Shown here piece by piece: positions 7,668 to 16,387 of a stretch of DNA of 64,000 nucleotides. Numbering within the stretch: position 1 is the first letter of the stretch; each line of letters opens with the position of its first letter. Made by a program: the position numbers and the translations under genes. The notes below the pieces were generated by a model, which saw only the letters and a program-made list of their open reading frames with translations, had not been told where the DNA came from and ran no database searches. The stretch lies in the IMG/VR virus record IMGVR_UViG_3300036715_003906, positions 124,001 through 188,000 of that record; one strand, 5' to 3'.

Positions 7668-8225
7668 TCAGTTCATCCAGGTGCTGTCGACGTGGTGCTC
7701 GCCCTTCAGCGTCTTGCTGATCTGGCGGACCCACGTCTCGACCTCCGCCGCGAACCCGAAGGTCTGCTCGGCCTGGAGTACCTTGCCGCGCGTGTCCTTC
7801 GGGCGGAAGTGGTCCACCTCGCTCGACGACCACTGTCGGAGGGCGTTCGACAGCATCGTGATCGCCCCCTCCCGTTGCGCCTTCTCCTCGCCACGGAAAC
7901 CCTTGCCGATAGCCGACCTGTACTCCTTGACGAGCTTCTCCCCCGCCGCCGCGGCCTTCTCCCCCAGGTCATGGATGTCCGCGTAGGCCACGTCAAACTG
8001 CTTCTGGACCTTGGCGCCGCCCTTGCCCTCCAGCTTCTTGCTGAGGTCGTTCACCTCGGCGAGCGCTTTCTTGAGGTCCTTGCCGCGTGCCTCGGACTCC
8101 TTGGCCGCGTGGTCGGCTGCCGCCGGCTTGACCTCGGACTTCCCACCCACGGGAGTCTTCTCCTTGGCTGTGAGGTCCAGGGCGATGAGGGTGCGAACCA
8201 GCAGACGATGCGCGATCAGGGTCAT
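7668..8225 (-). CDS. Hypothetical helical protein
   Basis: Start reassigned to MTLIAHRLL (ATG 8225); Lys/Ala/Glu-rich. Confidence 0.55.
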   Translation of the reverse strand: MTLIAHRLLVRTLIALDLTAKEKTPVGGKSEVKPAAADHAAKESEARGKDLKKALAEVNDLSKKLEGKGGAKVQKQFDVAYADIHDLGEKAAAAGEKLVKEYRSAIGKGFRGEEKAQREGAITMLSNALRQWSSSEVDHFRPKDTRGKVLQAEQTFGFAAEVETWVRQISKTLKGEHHVDSTWMN

Positions 8226-8248
8226 CCCCCGGAGTCCTGACAAGAACT

Positions 8249-10363
8249 CTAAGAACCCCAGCCGTAGACCCGGCAGCGCCCCACCGGGTGACAGCCGGCG
8301 CGGGCCACGGCATCCTGCACCCGGAAGAGCTGCTCCGCCGCCTCGACCCCGGAGCACGGGGTACGGCGCCAGGACCAGACCACGACCCAGGCCCCCGGCT
8401 GACCGCACTCCCCGACCACCCCCGCGACGTGGTAGCAGCCCAGATCATCCTGAACCGGGGCACGAACCGCAGGCCCGATGAGCTGGCGCGTGCCGTCCGC
8501 CCGGACCTGGTAGAGCGCGTAGGAGAGCCACACAGGGGCCACAGGAGCCCCCGTGGCGTCGGTGAGGCACAAGGCCAGGTCTCCCGGCCCGAAGATCCCG
8601 CCCCACCCGAAGGGAGGCCCGGGGCACACCGGGGGGAGAACAGGCTGAAGAGGCCGGACCACCTCGACGTTGGCGACAAGGACGCCCACCCCCACCAGGG
8701 CCTCGGGGAAGTACCCGTAGAAGAACCCGGCCCCCGCGGCGTGACCTGCAACGAAGTGGAGGACACGGGGAGCGCCGTCGAGGACACTGTCCCCCGTGAT
8801 CTGCCCCGACCCCAGGAGCGGGGGCATGGCCAGAATGCCCTCCCCGAACACGTACCCCGAGGACAGGTACAGCTCCGCCGATGTCTTGATAGCTGCGAAC
8901 CCGAAGGTCTCCGCACTGAACCCCCCCTGCCCCAGCACGATCCTCGTCGTGAACGGGACCCCCAGAGCGGCCTCGCTCGGAATCCCCACGGCCCCCGCGA
9001 TGATGTCGATGTGCGCCGCCGGAGTCCCGACCGCCTCCTCACTGGGAACCCCCACGGGCCCCAGCAAGAAGGCGAGCGTCTCCAGGCCGAAGGCTTCCGC
9101 GCGGAGAGCCCCCTGACCGAAGAAGGTCATGTCAAGACGCCCGAGGCCGAAGGCTTCCGCGCTCGTGACGCCCACAGGGAGCCCGACCCGGATGGCCAGA
9201 GGCACCCCGAACGCGGCTCCTCCGGGAATCCCCGAGGGGCCCACCACGAAGGCCGAGAACGACGACCCGAAGGTCTCCGCGCTGACCGCGCCCGTGCCCC
9301 GCACCATCAAGCGCTCGAAGCCGACCCCGAAGGCTTGCCCGCTCAGCACCCCCTGCCCGAGCGGCACGGTGACCTGAAGGGGAATCCCTACCGCAGCCGC
9401 ACTCCCGACCCCCGTCGCAACCAGGCCGAGACGGATGGCCCCGAGGCCGCTCGTGAAGGCCGAGGGGGCCCCCTGGCCAAAGACCGTGAGCTGCTCGGTC
9501 GCCTGCCCCGACGCAAAGGCCCCAGGGATACCCGTGGGGAGCAGGTTGGCCGAGACCAGGGGCGTCCCAAGGGCGAGCCCCGATGGCACCCCCGACCCCA
9601 GAAGGGTGAGGCGCTCCGTGGCTGCCCCAGAGACAAAGGTACTCGCGGCGCCTTGCCCAAGAGGGAACAGCCTCTGGGTAGCGACACCGAAGGCTTGCGC
9701 CGGTGTCGCCCCGGGCGGGGACAGGTCCCGGCCCACCACGGCCTGGCCCGAGGCAAAGGCGCTTCCGGCCCCCGACCCGAAGACGGTGAGCTGCTCCGTG
9801 GCCGCACCGGCGGTGACGGCGCTCGCCGTCCCTTGGCCGAGAGGGATGAACCTCTGGGTCGCTGCCCCGAAGGCTTGCGCCGACAGCACCCCGGAGGGGG
9901 AGGCCACACGAACCGCGGTCGCCTGGCCCGAGGCAAAGGCACTCCCGGCCCCCTGCCCCAGTGCGCTACAGACCTCGGTCGCCGTCCCGGAAACGAACCC
10001 CGAGAGGACCCCCTGGGGCCCGAGGGCGCGCACGACGGTCGGGGTGCCGGCCGCCTGGGCCGAGGGCACCCCCGTGCCGAGCACCGTGAGCCTCTCGGTT
10101 GCGGCCCCGAAGGCTCCCGCACTGGGGGCCCCGGAGACCCGAGCGAGTCGGGTCGCCGAGGGCTGCCCGAAGGCCCCTCCGCTCGGGACACCCGCCCCGA
10201 GGACCGTGAGCCTCTCGGTTGCGGTGCCGAACGACTCCCCGCCCGCGACCCCGACGGCAAGGGGGATCAGGGCCACCGCGGCCTGACCAAAGGCCACGGC
10301 CGCCGCCACGCCCCGGGCGGCGAACGTGGTCGCTTCCGACAGGTCGAAGAGTAGGCGGCTCAT
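8249..10363 (-). CDS. Gly/Ala-rich repetitive virion (fibre-like) protein with a C-terminal Ig-like, Cys-rich domain
   Basis: Many imperfect G(V/I)PS..AFG repeats. A possible internal start exists at 8827 (GGAGG RBS, MPPLLGSG). Confidence 0.6.
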   Translation of the reverse strand: MSRLLFDLSEATTFAARGVAAAVAFGQAAVALIPLAVGVAGGESFGTATERLTVLGAGVPSGGAFGQPSATRLARVSGAPSAGAFGAATERLTVLGTGVPSAQAAGTPTVVRALGPQGVLSGFVSGTATEVCSALGQGAGSAFASGQATAVRVASPSGVLSAQAFGAATQRFIPLGQGTASAVTAGAATEQLTVFGSGAGSAFASGQAVVGRDLSPPGATPAQAFGVATQRLFPLGQGAASTFVSGAATERLTLLGSGVPSGLALGTPLVSANLLPTGIPGAFASGQATEQLTVFGQGAPSAFTSGLGAIRLGLVATGVGSAAAVGIPLQVTVPLGQGVLSGQAFGVGFERLMVRGTGAVSAETFGSSFSAFVVGPSGIPGGAAFGVPLAIRVGLPVGVTSAEAFGLGRLDMTFFGQGALRAEAFGLETLAFLLGPVGVPSEEAVGTPAAHIDIIAGAVGIPSEAALGVPFTTRIVLGQGGFSAETFGFAAIKTSAELYLSSGYVFGEGILAMPPLLGSGQITGDSVLDGAPRVLHFVAGHAAGAGFFYGYFPEALVGVGVLVANVEVVRPLQPVLPPVCPGPPFGWGGIFGPGDLALCLTDATGAPVAPVWLSYALYQVRADGTRQLIGPAVRAPVQDDLGCYHVAGVVGECGQPGAWVVVWSWRRTPCSGVEAAEQLFRVQDAVARAGCHPVGRCRVYGWGS

Positions 10364-10379
10364 GCCCTACTCCCCGACC

Positions 10380-10901
10380 TCAGTAGTTCACCAGAACGAA
10401 GTAGTCGCCGGCCGTGGGCGTCGAAGTGAACGCGGTGTCGACGGTGATCACCTTGGTGACCCCGTTGTAGGCGATGGCCTTGCGCACCTGGCCAAAGAGG
10501 GTGCCGCTCGTGAAGAGCACGAGGACGTTGCGCCAGTAGTCGGCCGTCGTCTCGACCAGCGTGGTCGTGAACGCCGTGGGGATGTTCCCGACGTCCGAGA
10601 CGACGGTCCCCGTCGGATGACCGCCCGTGGACAAGGAGATGTCGTAGGGCTGGATATACGGCGTCTCGATCTTGAGCATGATCCACCCCGCGTCCATCTC
10701 CGCGGGGGTGAGCGTCACGTAGTAACGGCCGGACGCATTGATCTCGACAGGGAGGCTCGTCGTGTTGACGAAGCTCCCCCCATCCTTGCTGATCTGGACG
10801 TAGCCCGCCGACCAGACGAGGCCACTCTTGCGCGCCGGGGGGTTGGTGACGTCGATGGCCGGGAAGGGGATGTTCTGCTGGGTCGCTCGTCGAATGCTCA
10901 T
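10380..10901 (-). CDS. Putative virion structural protein (BppU/Ig-like N-terminus)
   Basis: Beta-rich: VQISKDGGSF...GRYYVTLTPAEM; structural gene neighbourhood. Confidence 0.55.
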   Translation of the reverse strand: MSIRRATQQNIPFPAIDVTNPPARKSGLVWSAGYVQISKDGGSFVNTTSLPVEINASGRYYVTLTPAEMDAGWIMLKIETPYIQPYDISLSTGGHPTGTVVSDVGNIPTAFTTTLVETTADYWRNVLVLFTSGTLFGQVRKAIAYNGVTKVITVDTAFTSTPTAGDYFVLVNY

Positions 10902-12073
10902 GACACGTACACCGCTCCCGGAAGGGTCAAGGGGCTCACCGTCTCGACGGTGAACACGATCTCCGCGTGCCAGACCTGGAACGTGCTGTCATCGATCAGG
11001 CCCTCGCGACCCCCGAGGATCGCCAGGCCCTCCCCGCACCGCAAGCTGATCGGGGCCAGACTGCCATCGTACAGGAGGTTACACTTGTCGGCCGCCAAGG
11101 GCGGCGTCAAGACCGAGTTGGCATCCTTCCCCCACGCAGCATACACCCGCTGACGAAGACGGCCCGAGCGCTGCTGAACGGCCACCGGAATCGTGACCCC
11201 GCCGTCCTGCTCCCATGTCAAGGGAAGGCCCTGGTTACGCCCGAGGAGGTCGGCGCGACCCGGACCGTAAGCGCAGTACACCCAAGGGGGCAGGACCGAC
11301 CGTGTGTCGTGTCCGATCGGGGCCACGGGAGTCAGACGAGGGGCTCCCGCCGCGTCCACCTTGCACAGACGGTACTGCGGCATGGTGGCCGTACCCGTGA
11401 CCCAGATGTCCAGGACGCGGACGGCCAACGTCACGCCGCTCCCCGTATTGTTCATCAGGGCCGCGAACGCCATGCCGTTGATCCGCGGGAAGTAGGACTC
11501 CCGCGTGCTGTACGTGTACGTAGCCCCGGTGGAGAGGTTGGTGACCTCCAGCGCGAAGAAGGAGGTGTGCCCGTACCCGAAGGTGGCGAGGACCACGGCC
11601 AGTCCTTCCCCGTCACGTAGAACGATCGACTCGACCACCGCCCCCATGCGGGCGCTGAACACACGTCCGAGGTCGAGGGGCGTCATCTTGGGGCCCCCGC
11701 CCGGGCGGGGGGCCACGGGAGTGGAGAGCGCCGTCGGGAGGAACATGGGGCAGTCGGTCCGGTTCCCCAGCGTGGACGTCTCGAGCACCGTGGTGGGCGT
11801 CGTCACAAAGGTGACTTGCGAGGGAAGGTTCGGAGCCGACGTGTCGTGCTTGGCGGGGGCCACGGCGGTCCCCCCGACCACGCTGGTCACGCGAGAGAGG
11901 CGGAACTTGGCCATCCCGGAGGGGTCCTGCCCCGTGTGCGGGAAGAGGGTCACCCGACGGACGTTGATCACCCCGTTGGGAGGGGCGCCCGTGTTGAAGA
12001 TCCCGACGACGCTGTCCTGCAAGATAGCAGAATAAGCAAAGGGCGTCCGCATGGTGTACGTCGCGAAGGTCAT
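10898..12073 (-). CDS. Putative virion structural protein with two internal repeats
   Basis: Two copies of a domain containing P(A/I)(K/G)HDT; homologous to 12617..13138. Confidence 0.55.
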   Translation of the reverse strand: MTFATYTMRTPFAYSAILQDSVVGIFNTGAPPNGVINVRRVTLFPHTGQDPSGMAKFRLSRVTSVVGGTAVAPAKHDTSAPNLPSQVTFVTTPTTVLETSTLGNRTDCPMFLPTALSTPVAPRPGGGPKMTPLDLGRVFSARMGAVVESIVLRDGEGLAVVLATFGYGHTSFFALEVTNLSTGATYTYSTRESYFPRINGMAFAALMNNTGSGVTLAVRVLDIWVTGTATMPQYRLCKVDAAGAPRLTPVAPIGHDTRSVLPPWVYCAYGPGRADLLGRNQGLPLTWEQDGGVTIPVAVQQRSGRLRQRVYAAWGKDANSVLTPPLAADKCNLLYDGSLAPISLRCGEGLAILGGREGLIDDSTFQVWHAEIVFTVETVSPLTLPGAVYVS

Positions 12074-12606
12074 CGATCGTCACCCACTTCCTCGACCGCG
12101 GCCTTCGTCGAGGCCGCCACCACCCGCGCCTTGAGGGCTTGCCCGCTGTCGAGGTGGGAGCGTGCCGTCTGCAAGGCCAGCAGGTAAAACATCTCCAGCT
12201 CCGCCGCCGACGACAGCTCGATGCTGGTGCCCTCCATGGACCCCCACCGCACCGGGTAGGTGAACAGGGGGTGATTCCGGCTGACATAGGCGCTCGTGAG
12301 CTGCTGCTGAGCACCGGGGGTCAAGCTGAACAGGGGGCCTTGCTCCGGGGGGAACCGGAAGCCCTCCGCGATCAGAGCATCGGTGCGCAGGTCGATGGCC
12401 GCCCTCTTGGCCTTCTTGGCATCCAGCACCTCGGCGGCCTCCTCCAGAGGGAGGATCTCGTGCTCCTCGACGCGCTCACAGATCCGTGCCCCGTCGGTCT
12501 GACGAAGCGCCCCAAACCACACGTAGAGAACCCCGTCGGAGTCGATCTGATCGATCACCCCGCTCCGTCCCTGTACCGTGATCGATCCGCCGCACTCCAA
12601 TCCCAT
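12070..12606 (-). CDS. DUF4376-like (tail-fibre-associated) protein
   Basis: C-terminal IDLRTDALIAEGF...FSL...Q...L...G..LK..V.AA.T...VE.V pattern resembles DUF4376; start reassigned to ATG 12606. Confidence 0.55.
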   Translation of the reverse strand: MGLECGGSITVQGRSGVIDQIDSDGVLYVWFGALRQTDGARICERVEEHEILPLEEAAEVLDAKKAKRAAIDLRTDALIAEGFRFPPEQGPLFSLTPGAQQQLTSAYVSRNHPLFTYPVRWGSMEGTSIELSSAAELEMFYLLALQTARSHLDSGQALKARVVAASTKAAVEEVGDDR

Positions 12607-12616
12607 GGGGCCACCC

Positions 12617-13138
12617 TCACGTCGCCGCGTCGGTGAACTCGATCTCGAAGTCGTTGGTGCCCACGATGGTGACCCCCGAGTGGAAGACCTGGAACCCGAA
12701 CCCAGCCCGGCACACGATGGGCTCGATGTTGGTGTCCCCGTACCCGGCGTTCCATACCTCGGCGAAGGGCACGAGCAGCTCCCACTCATCCTGCGTGTTC
12801 GACGAGACCGTGGGCTCGTCGTTCGACCAGAGGAAGCGGCGGAAGATGTCGGTCCCGGTCGTGGTCTGGCCCGTCCCCGCGGTCGTGTTGACGTCGAGGG
12901 CCGGGCTGCTGGTGTCGTGCTTGACGGGAGTCACCGCGCTACCCGCCGAAGCGGCCGTGAGGCGCCGGATCTGCATGGTAGTGAGCACGCCGGTGACCGC
13001 CGTGACACCGTTGTTGAACTGGTAGGCCCGGAAAACCCTGATGACGCGGGTCGCGCTGGCCCCGTTCATCACGTTGATCATGTCCTTGGTGGCCGCAAAA
13101 GCCACACCGCCCGACGTCGCACGCCACGTTGCCGCCAT
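12617..13138 (-). CDS. Putative virion structural protein
   Basis: GAGG RBS before ATG 13138; VTPVKHDTS motif shared with 10898..12073. Confidence 0.6.
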   Translation of the reverse strand: MAATWRATSGGVAFAATKDMINVMNGASATRVIRVFRAYQFNNGVTAVTGVLTTMQIRRLTAASAGSAVTPVKHDTSSPALDVNTTAGTGQTTTGTDIFRRFLWSNDEPTVSSNTQDEWELLVPFAEVWNAGYGDTNIEPIVCRAGFGFQVFHSGVTIVGTNDFEIEFTDAAT

Positions 13139-13141
13139 GGA

Positions 13142-13465
13142 TAACCTCGTTCCGATGCTGATGATCTTGCGGTCCTCGGCGGGCCGCGGGGCCGAGAAGA
13201 GGAGCATGTCACCCTTGCCATCCCCACGATCCCCGACGACCCGCTGCTCGACGATGCCCGCCCGGAGGCGCTCGAGGGCTCCCTTCAGCTCGTCCCTCTT
13301 GGGCCCGGGAGTCAAGGTGCGGTAGCGGTCCACCTGACGGGGCAGGGCCCAGGCAATGACCCGTTTCAAGGCGGGAGCGGACAGGGTGGCCGGGACGTCG
13401 ACCATCCAGCCATCTTCCGCGGACCAATGGAGGCGAAGGGCGCGCATCTGTTGGTCCGGGGTCAT
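13142..13465 (-). CDS. Hypothetical protein (no canonical stop; in frame with the next gene)
   Basis: MTPDQQMRALRLHWS...; reads through TTA at 13142-13144 into 13138. Confidence 0.4.
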
Positions 13466-13468
13466 AAA

Positions 13469-13810
13469 TAAATCCGGCCGGGAAGGCAAGGCAAGGCAAG
13501 GCAAAGGGATGGTCTGCCCCGCGAGGGCGTGAGTGCAGTTGCTCAGGTAGACCAGGTTGCCCCCCTGAACGAAGGAGTGGCAGACGCGCCGCTCGTTGGA
13601 CTCCCCCCAGGTGTACTGGACCCGGATCGAGGGGGAGAAGGTCGGGGCCTCCTCGTTGCCGTCGAAGGACCCCTGAGGGCCACCGGGCGTCGCCGAGTTG
13701 TCCACCTGGATGCTGGGGTCCATGTCACAGCCGGGGCAGAAAAAGGACCCGCCCAGGGGGGCGTCCTCGCCCTGGGCCGTGCGGTACGTCGTGCGGTGGA
13801 TAACAGCCCT
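13469..13810 (-). pseudogene. DUF6527-like small Zn-binding protein, apparently damaged
   Basis: CPGC...PTFSPSI...CHSFV..G...YL.NCTH.LAGQT resembles DUF6527. AGG sits where ATG is expected, Pro/Gly replace usually conserved His/Trp, and there is no canonical stop. Confidence 0.5.
13485..13504. repeat. Pentanucleotide simple sequence repeat (GGCAA)x4
   Basis: Four perfect copies at the 3' end of the DUF6527-like ORF. Confidence 0.85.
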
Positions 13811-13857
13811 ACCCCACCCGGGGGATAAGCCATTCCTCGGGGTGGGACGCGAGACGG

Positions 13858-14265
13858 TCAGAGCTTGAAGATCCGGTTGGCCCCGTTGTCCCACTGGATG
13901 GCAACGTTGCCGCCCGAGGGGGTGAAGGGCACGCCCGTCATGGTGTCGAGGTAGGCGATGAGCTGGGCCGTCGCGTCCGTGCCGGTGTGCTTGTAGATCA
14001 GGACCGCACTGACCGTCGACCCGGTCACGAGCGAGAAGGTGACGTCGTCGGCATCCGCCACGCCCGCGGTGGCCGTCTTGGTGGTGAGCGACCCGCTCAC
14101 GGACACCCGAGCACCCCCCGGGACGTCGGTGAGGAACTGATCGGTCGTCAGGTTGACGGTGTAGGCACCGACATTGATGAGGATGCACCGCACGTCGTCG
14201 GTGAGCCAGTTGAGGGTGCCGTTGAGGTAGCCCTCACGGCCCTTGTCATAAAGAGCGTTCGCCAT
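13858..14265 (-). CDS. Minor virion / tail-associated protein
   Basis: MANALYDKGRE...L...GVADADDVTF..V...A.LIAYLD...P.GGNV.IQWDNG.N.IFKL, a recurrent small phage structural family. Confidence 0.65.
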   Translation of the reverse strand: MANALYDKGREGYLNGTLNWLTDDVRCILINVGAYTVNLTTDQFLTDVPGGARVSVSGSLTTKTATAGVADADDVTFSLVTGSTVSAVLIYKHTGTDATAQLIAYLDTMTGVPFTPSGGNVAIQWDNGANRIFKL

Positions 14266-14267
14266 GG

Positions 14268-14654
14268 TCAGGTCTCCGTCACCACGAGTTGTCCGGCAGG
14301 GTACAAAATCTGATCGTTGAGCTGGATAGTGCGAGGGGCGTTCATCGGGGCGAAGTACAGCAGGTTACCCCCCGAGGCCGCATCGAAGAGGCCGAAGGCC
14401 ACCACGGTGCCCCAGGGAAACGTGGCCGGGGAGAAGGTCACCAGGGCCGCGTTGCTGCTCGTTCCGTTCACCGCGGGGTTCCACGTCGCCGCCTGCCGCA
14501 CATACCCCCCGCCCGAGACTTCCACCCCTCCGCTCCCCGGCGTGGGGATCGTCGTGAAGAGCCCCACGTAGATGCCCACGGGGGCCGTGAAGGCTACCCT
14601 CCGCAGCAAGAAGTCGAGGAGCGAAGTGCTCAGGTAGTAGGACTTGCTCGCCAT
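14268..14654 (-). CDS. Minor tail / 'tail fiber' family protein (paralog of 15612..15998)
   Basis: EVSGGGYVRQ...N...VTF..AT..WGTV...GLFDAASGGNLLY; TAATG overlap with the upstream stop gives ATG 14654. Confidence 0.7.
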   Translation of the reverse strand: MASKSYYLSTSLLDFLLRRVAFTAPVGIYVGLFTTIPTPGSGGVEVSGGGYVRQAATWNPAVNGTSSNAALVTFSPATFPWGTVVAFGLFDAASGGNLLYFAPMNAPRTIQLNDQILYPAGQLVVTET

Positions 14655-15259
14655 TAGCAGCCCTTGCCCACAAATGAAACCTTGACCCCGCCGCCCGGAG
14701 AGCAGCCCTCGTTGCCCTGGGCGACCACGTCGTAGTCCCGGGCGATCACCTGGAGCCCCGCGGGGTAGTTGACGAGGACCCGCCAGTACCCGGTGGCATT
14801 CGGACGCCACCGGAGGCTGTAGTACCCGGAAGCACCGGGGATCTCGCTCCAGTAGATGCGCCCCGACTGGACCTGGGCATCACTCACGGCCACGCCCGGG
14901 ACAAGAGCCCAGGGCTGCACCAGGTTGTTGAAGAAGACAAGGCACGTCACGTCCCCCGGGGTGAGCCCCGGGACGCGACGGAAGCCGTCCCCGGAGAAGA
15001 AGTCCGCCTGGTCGAGCAGCGTGGTGTTGTTGGGGGTCGAACGACCTTGGGTGGGCCCGCTCATGCCCCTGCTGCTCTGACCAGAGGATAACTCAGGTCG
15101 CCAGGGACCTTCCACCTGGGGGCCCACCTGCACCTTGCTCTCGTCGATGCGCAGGGGACGCGGCAGGGGAGCGGCAAAGCCCTCCTCGGGCTCGACCACG
15201 ATCGCGCACTCCAGCCAGACGGTCGGGCCCTCGGAAGCGGAGGACGGGGGACTGGCCAT
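14654..15259 (-). CDS. Ig-like virion protein (possibly two genes: 15089..15259 and 14654..15064)
   Basis: TGATG-coupled ATG 15259; second ATG 15064 (MSGPTQG) begins a beta-rich domain GYYSLRWRPNATGYWRV; in-frame TTA at 15089-15091. Confidence 0.5.
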   Translation of the reverse strand: MASPPSSASEGPTVWLECAIVVEPEEGFAAPLPRPLRIDESKVQVGPQVEGPWRPELSSGQSSRGMSGPTQGRSTPNNTTLLDQADFFSGDGFRRVPGLTPGDVTCLVFFNNLVQPWALVPGVAVSDAQVQSGRIYWSEIPGASGYYSLRWRPNATGYWRVLVNYPAGLQVIARDYDVVAQGNEGCSPGGGVKVSFVGKGC

Positions 15260-15585
15260 CACTCGAACCTCTGCCGGAAGGTGCGGACCGGCGTCCTGGC
15301 CGTGGTGCTGGCCGGGACCGGGGGGCTGGGGACCAGGCGAAGGGGGACCACGGCCGGAACCGGGAGGGGAACCGGGACGTTGGGCGGGGGCGTGTACGTG
15401 ACGTCCATCGCCGTGATGCTCAAGGCCGAGGCCCCCGTGATCGCGCACGTCACCGGCGTTCCCCGGGTGAAGCCCGGAGACACCGACGAAGACGCCACGA
15501 GGCTCGCCCCGAGCGCGTAGGAAAGGGACGGATTCGGCACAAGGCTCGAATCCGCCGTGAGGGTGGCGGTCAGGTCGACGTTCAG
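15259..15585 (-). CDS. Pro-rich hypothetical protein
   Basis: ORF track 15259..15540 (GTG). The AGGAGG RBS points to a CTG start at 15585. Confidence 0.4.
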   Translation of the reverse strand: MNVDLTATLTADSSLVPNPSLSYALGASLVASSSVSPGFTRGTPVTCAITGASALSITAMDVTYTPPPNVPVPLPVPAVVPLRLVPSPPVPASTTARTPVRTFRQRFE

Positions 15586-15611
15586 GGCATCCTCCTACGA
15601 CGTGCCGCGGG

Positions 15612-15998
15612 TCACTGCTCCGTGACGCTGAGGGCCCCGACGCCGAAGGCCGCCACATCGCCCGTCGTGACCGCCTTGGGCGTCCCGAGGGCTCCGTAGT
15701 AGAGCAGGTTGCCGCCAGTCGAGGCGTCGAAGATGCCCATGGCGGTGAGGGTGCCCCAGGCCCCCGAGGCCGTCGGGAACGTGACCACGTCCGTGTTGGC
15801 GCACACCCCGCTGCTGGCCGCCCCGAAGGTGATGGCCACCCGGGCATACGAGCCGCCGGAGACCTCGGTTCCACCGCCCGACTGGGTCGGGGCCGCCGTG
15901 AAGAGCGCGGCGTAGATGGTGGTCGGCGACGCCTGCGAGGCGTGCCGGAGGAAGTGGTCGGTGACCGCGGCGGCGAACGTGTAGGTCTTGGCGGGCAT
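15612..15998 (-). CDS. Minor tail / 'tail fiber' family protein
   Basis: TEVSGGSYARV...FPTASGAWGT....IFDASTGGNLLY; AAGGA RBS. Confidence 0.7.
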   Translation of the reverse strand: MPAKTYTFAAAVTDHFLRHASQASPTTIYAALFTAAPTQSGGGTEVSGGSYARVAITFGAASSGVCANTDVVTFPTASGAWGTLTAMGIFDASTGGNLLYYGALGTPKAVTTGDVAAFGVGALSVTEQ

Positions 15999-16122
15999 GG
16001 GGAGATCCTTCCTTGGGTAGCAGCCCCGTGCTGGGGCAGACGTACTCCACGGTGCATCGAAGGATCGATTACCCCCCCTACCACCCTCCCCCCACCGGAC
16101 AGGCCCCTCCCCGGGCCTCAGG

Positions 16123-16362
16123 TCAAGAGGTGTGGCAGACCGACTTGAGGTTCTTGATCGCGTGGGCGTAGTCGTTCGCCGGGACCTTGCCGGACCGGTT
16201 GAACCACGCCGTCTTCAGCTCCTCGATGTTGACAAGGGTGGCATCGAACACGAACTGCACGCGGCCTTCCGGGCCGCGATCCGCCCTCTTGTACGGCGCC
16301 CCCGCCACCTGGAGGTAGGCCGCAAAGTACAGGTCGGCGGTCAAGAACTCGTCGCGTTTCAT
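16123..16362 (-). CDS. DUF5659-like small protein
   Basis: T.DLYFAAYL...G......GR..F.F motif; GAAGGGA upstream. Confidence 0.6.
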   Translation of the reverse strand: MKRDEFLTADLYFAAYLQVAGAPYKRADRGPEGRVQFVFDATLVNIEELKTAWFNRSGKVPANDYAHAIKNLKSVCHTS

Positions 16363-16387
16363 CTGATTTTCCCTTCTGGGGCCCCGG

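Noticed and set aside
12617-14188. Single 523-aa protein as given in the ORF track
   Set aside because: It comprises three unrelated segments with their own start signals; the first ~125 codons overlap gene 13858..14265 in another frame.
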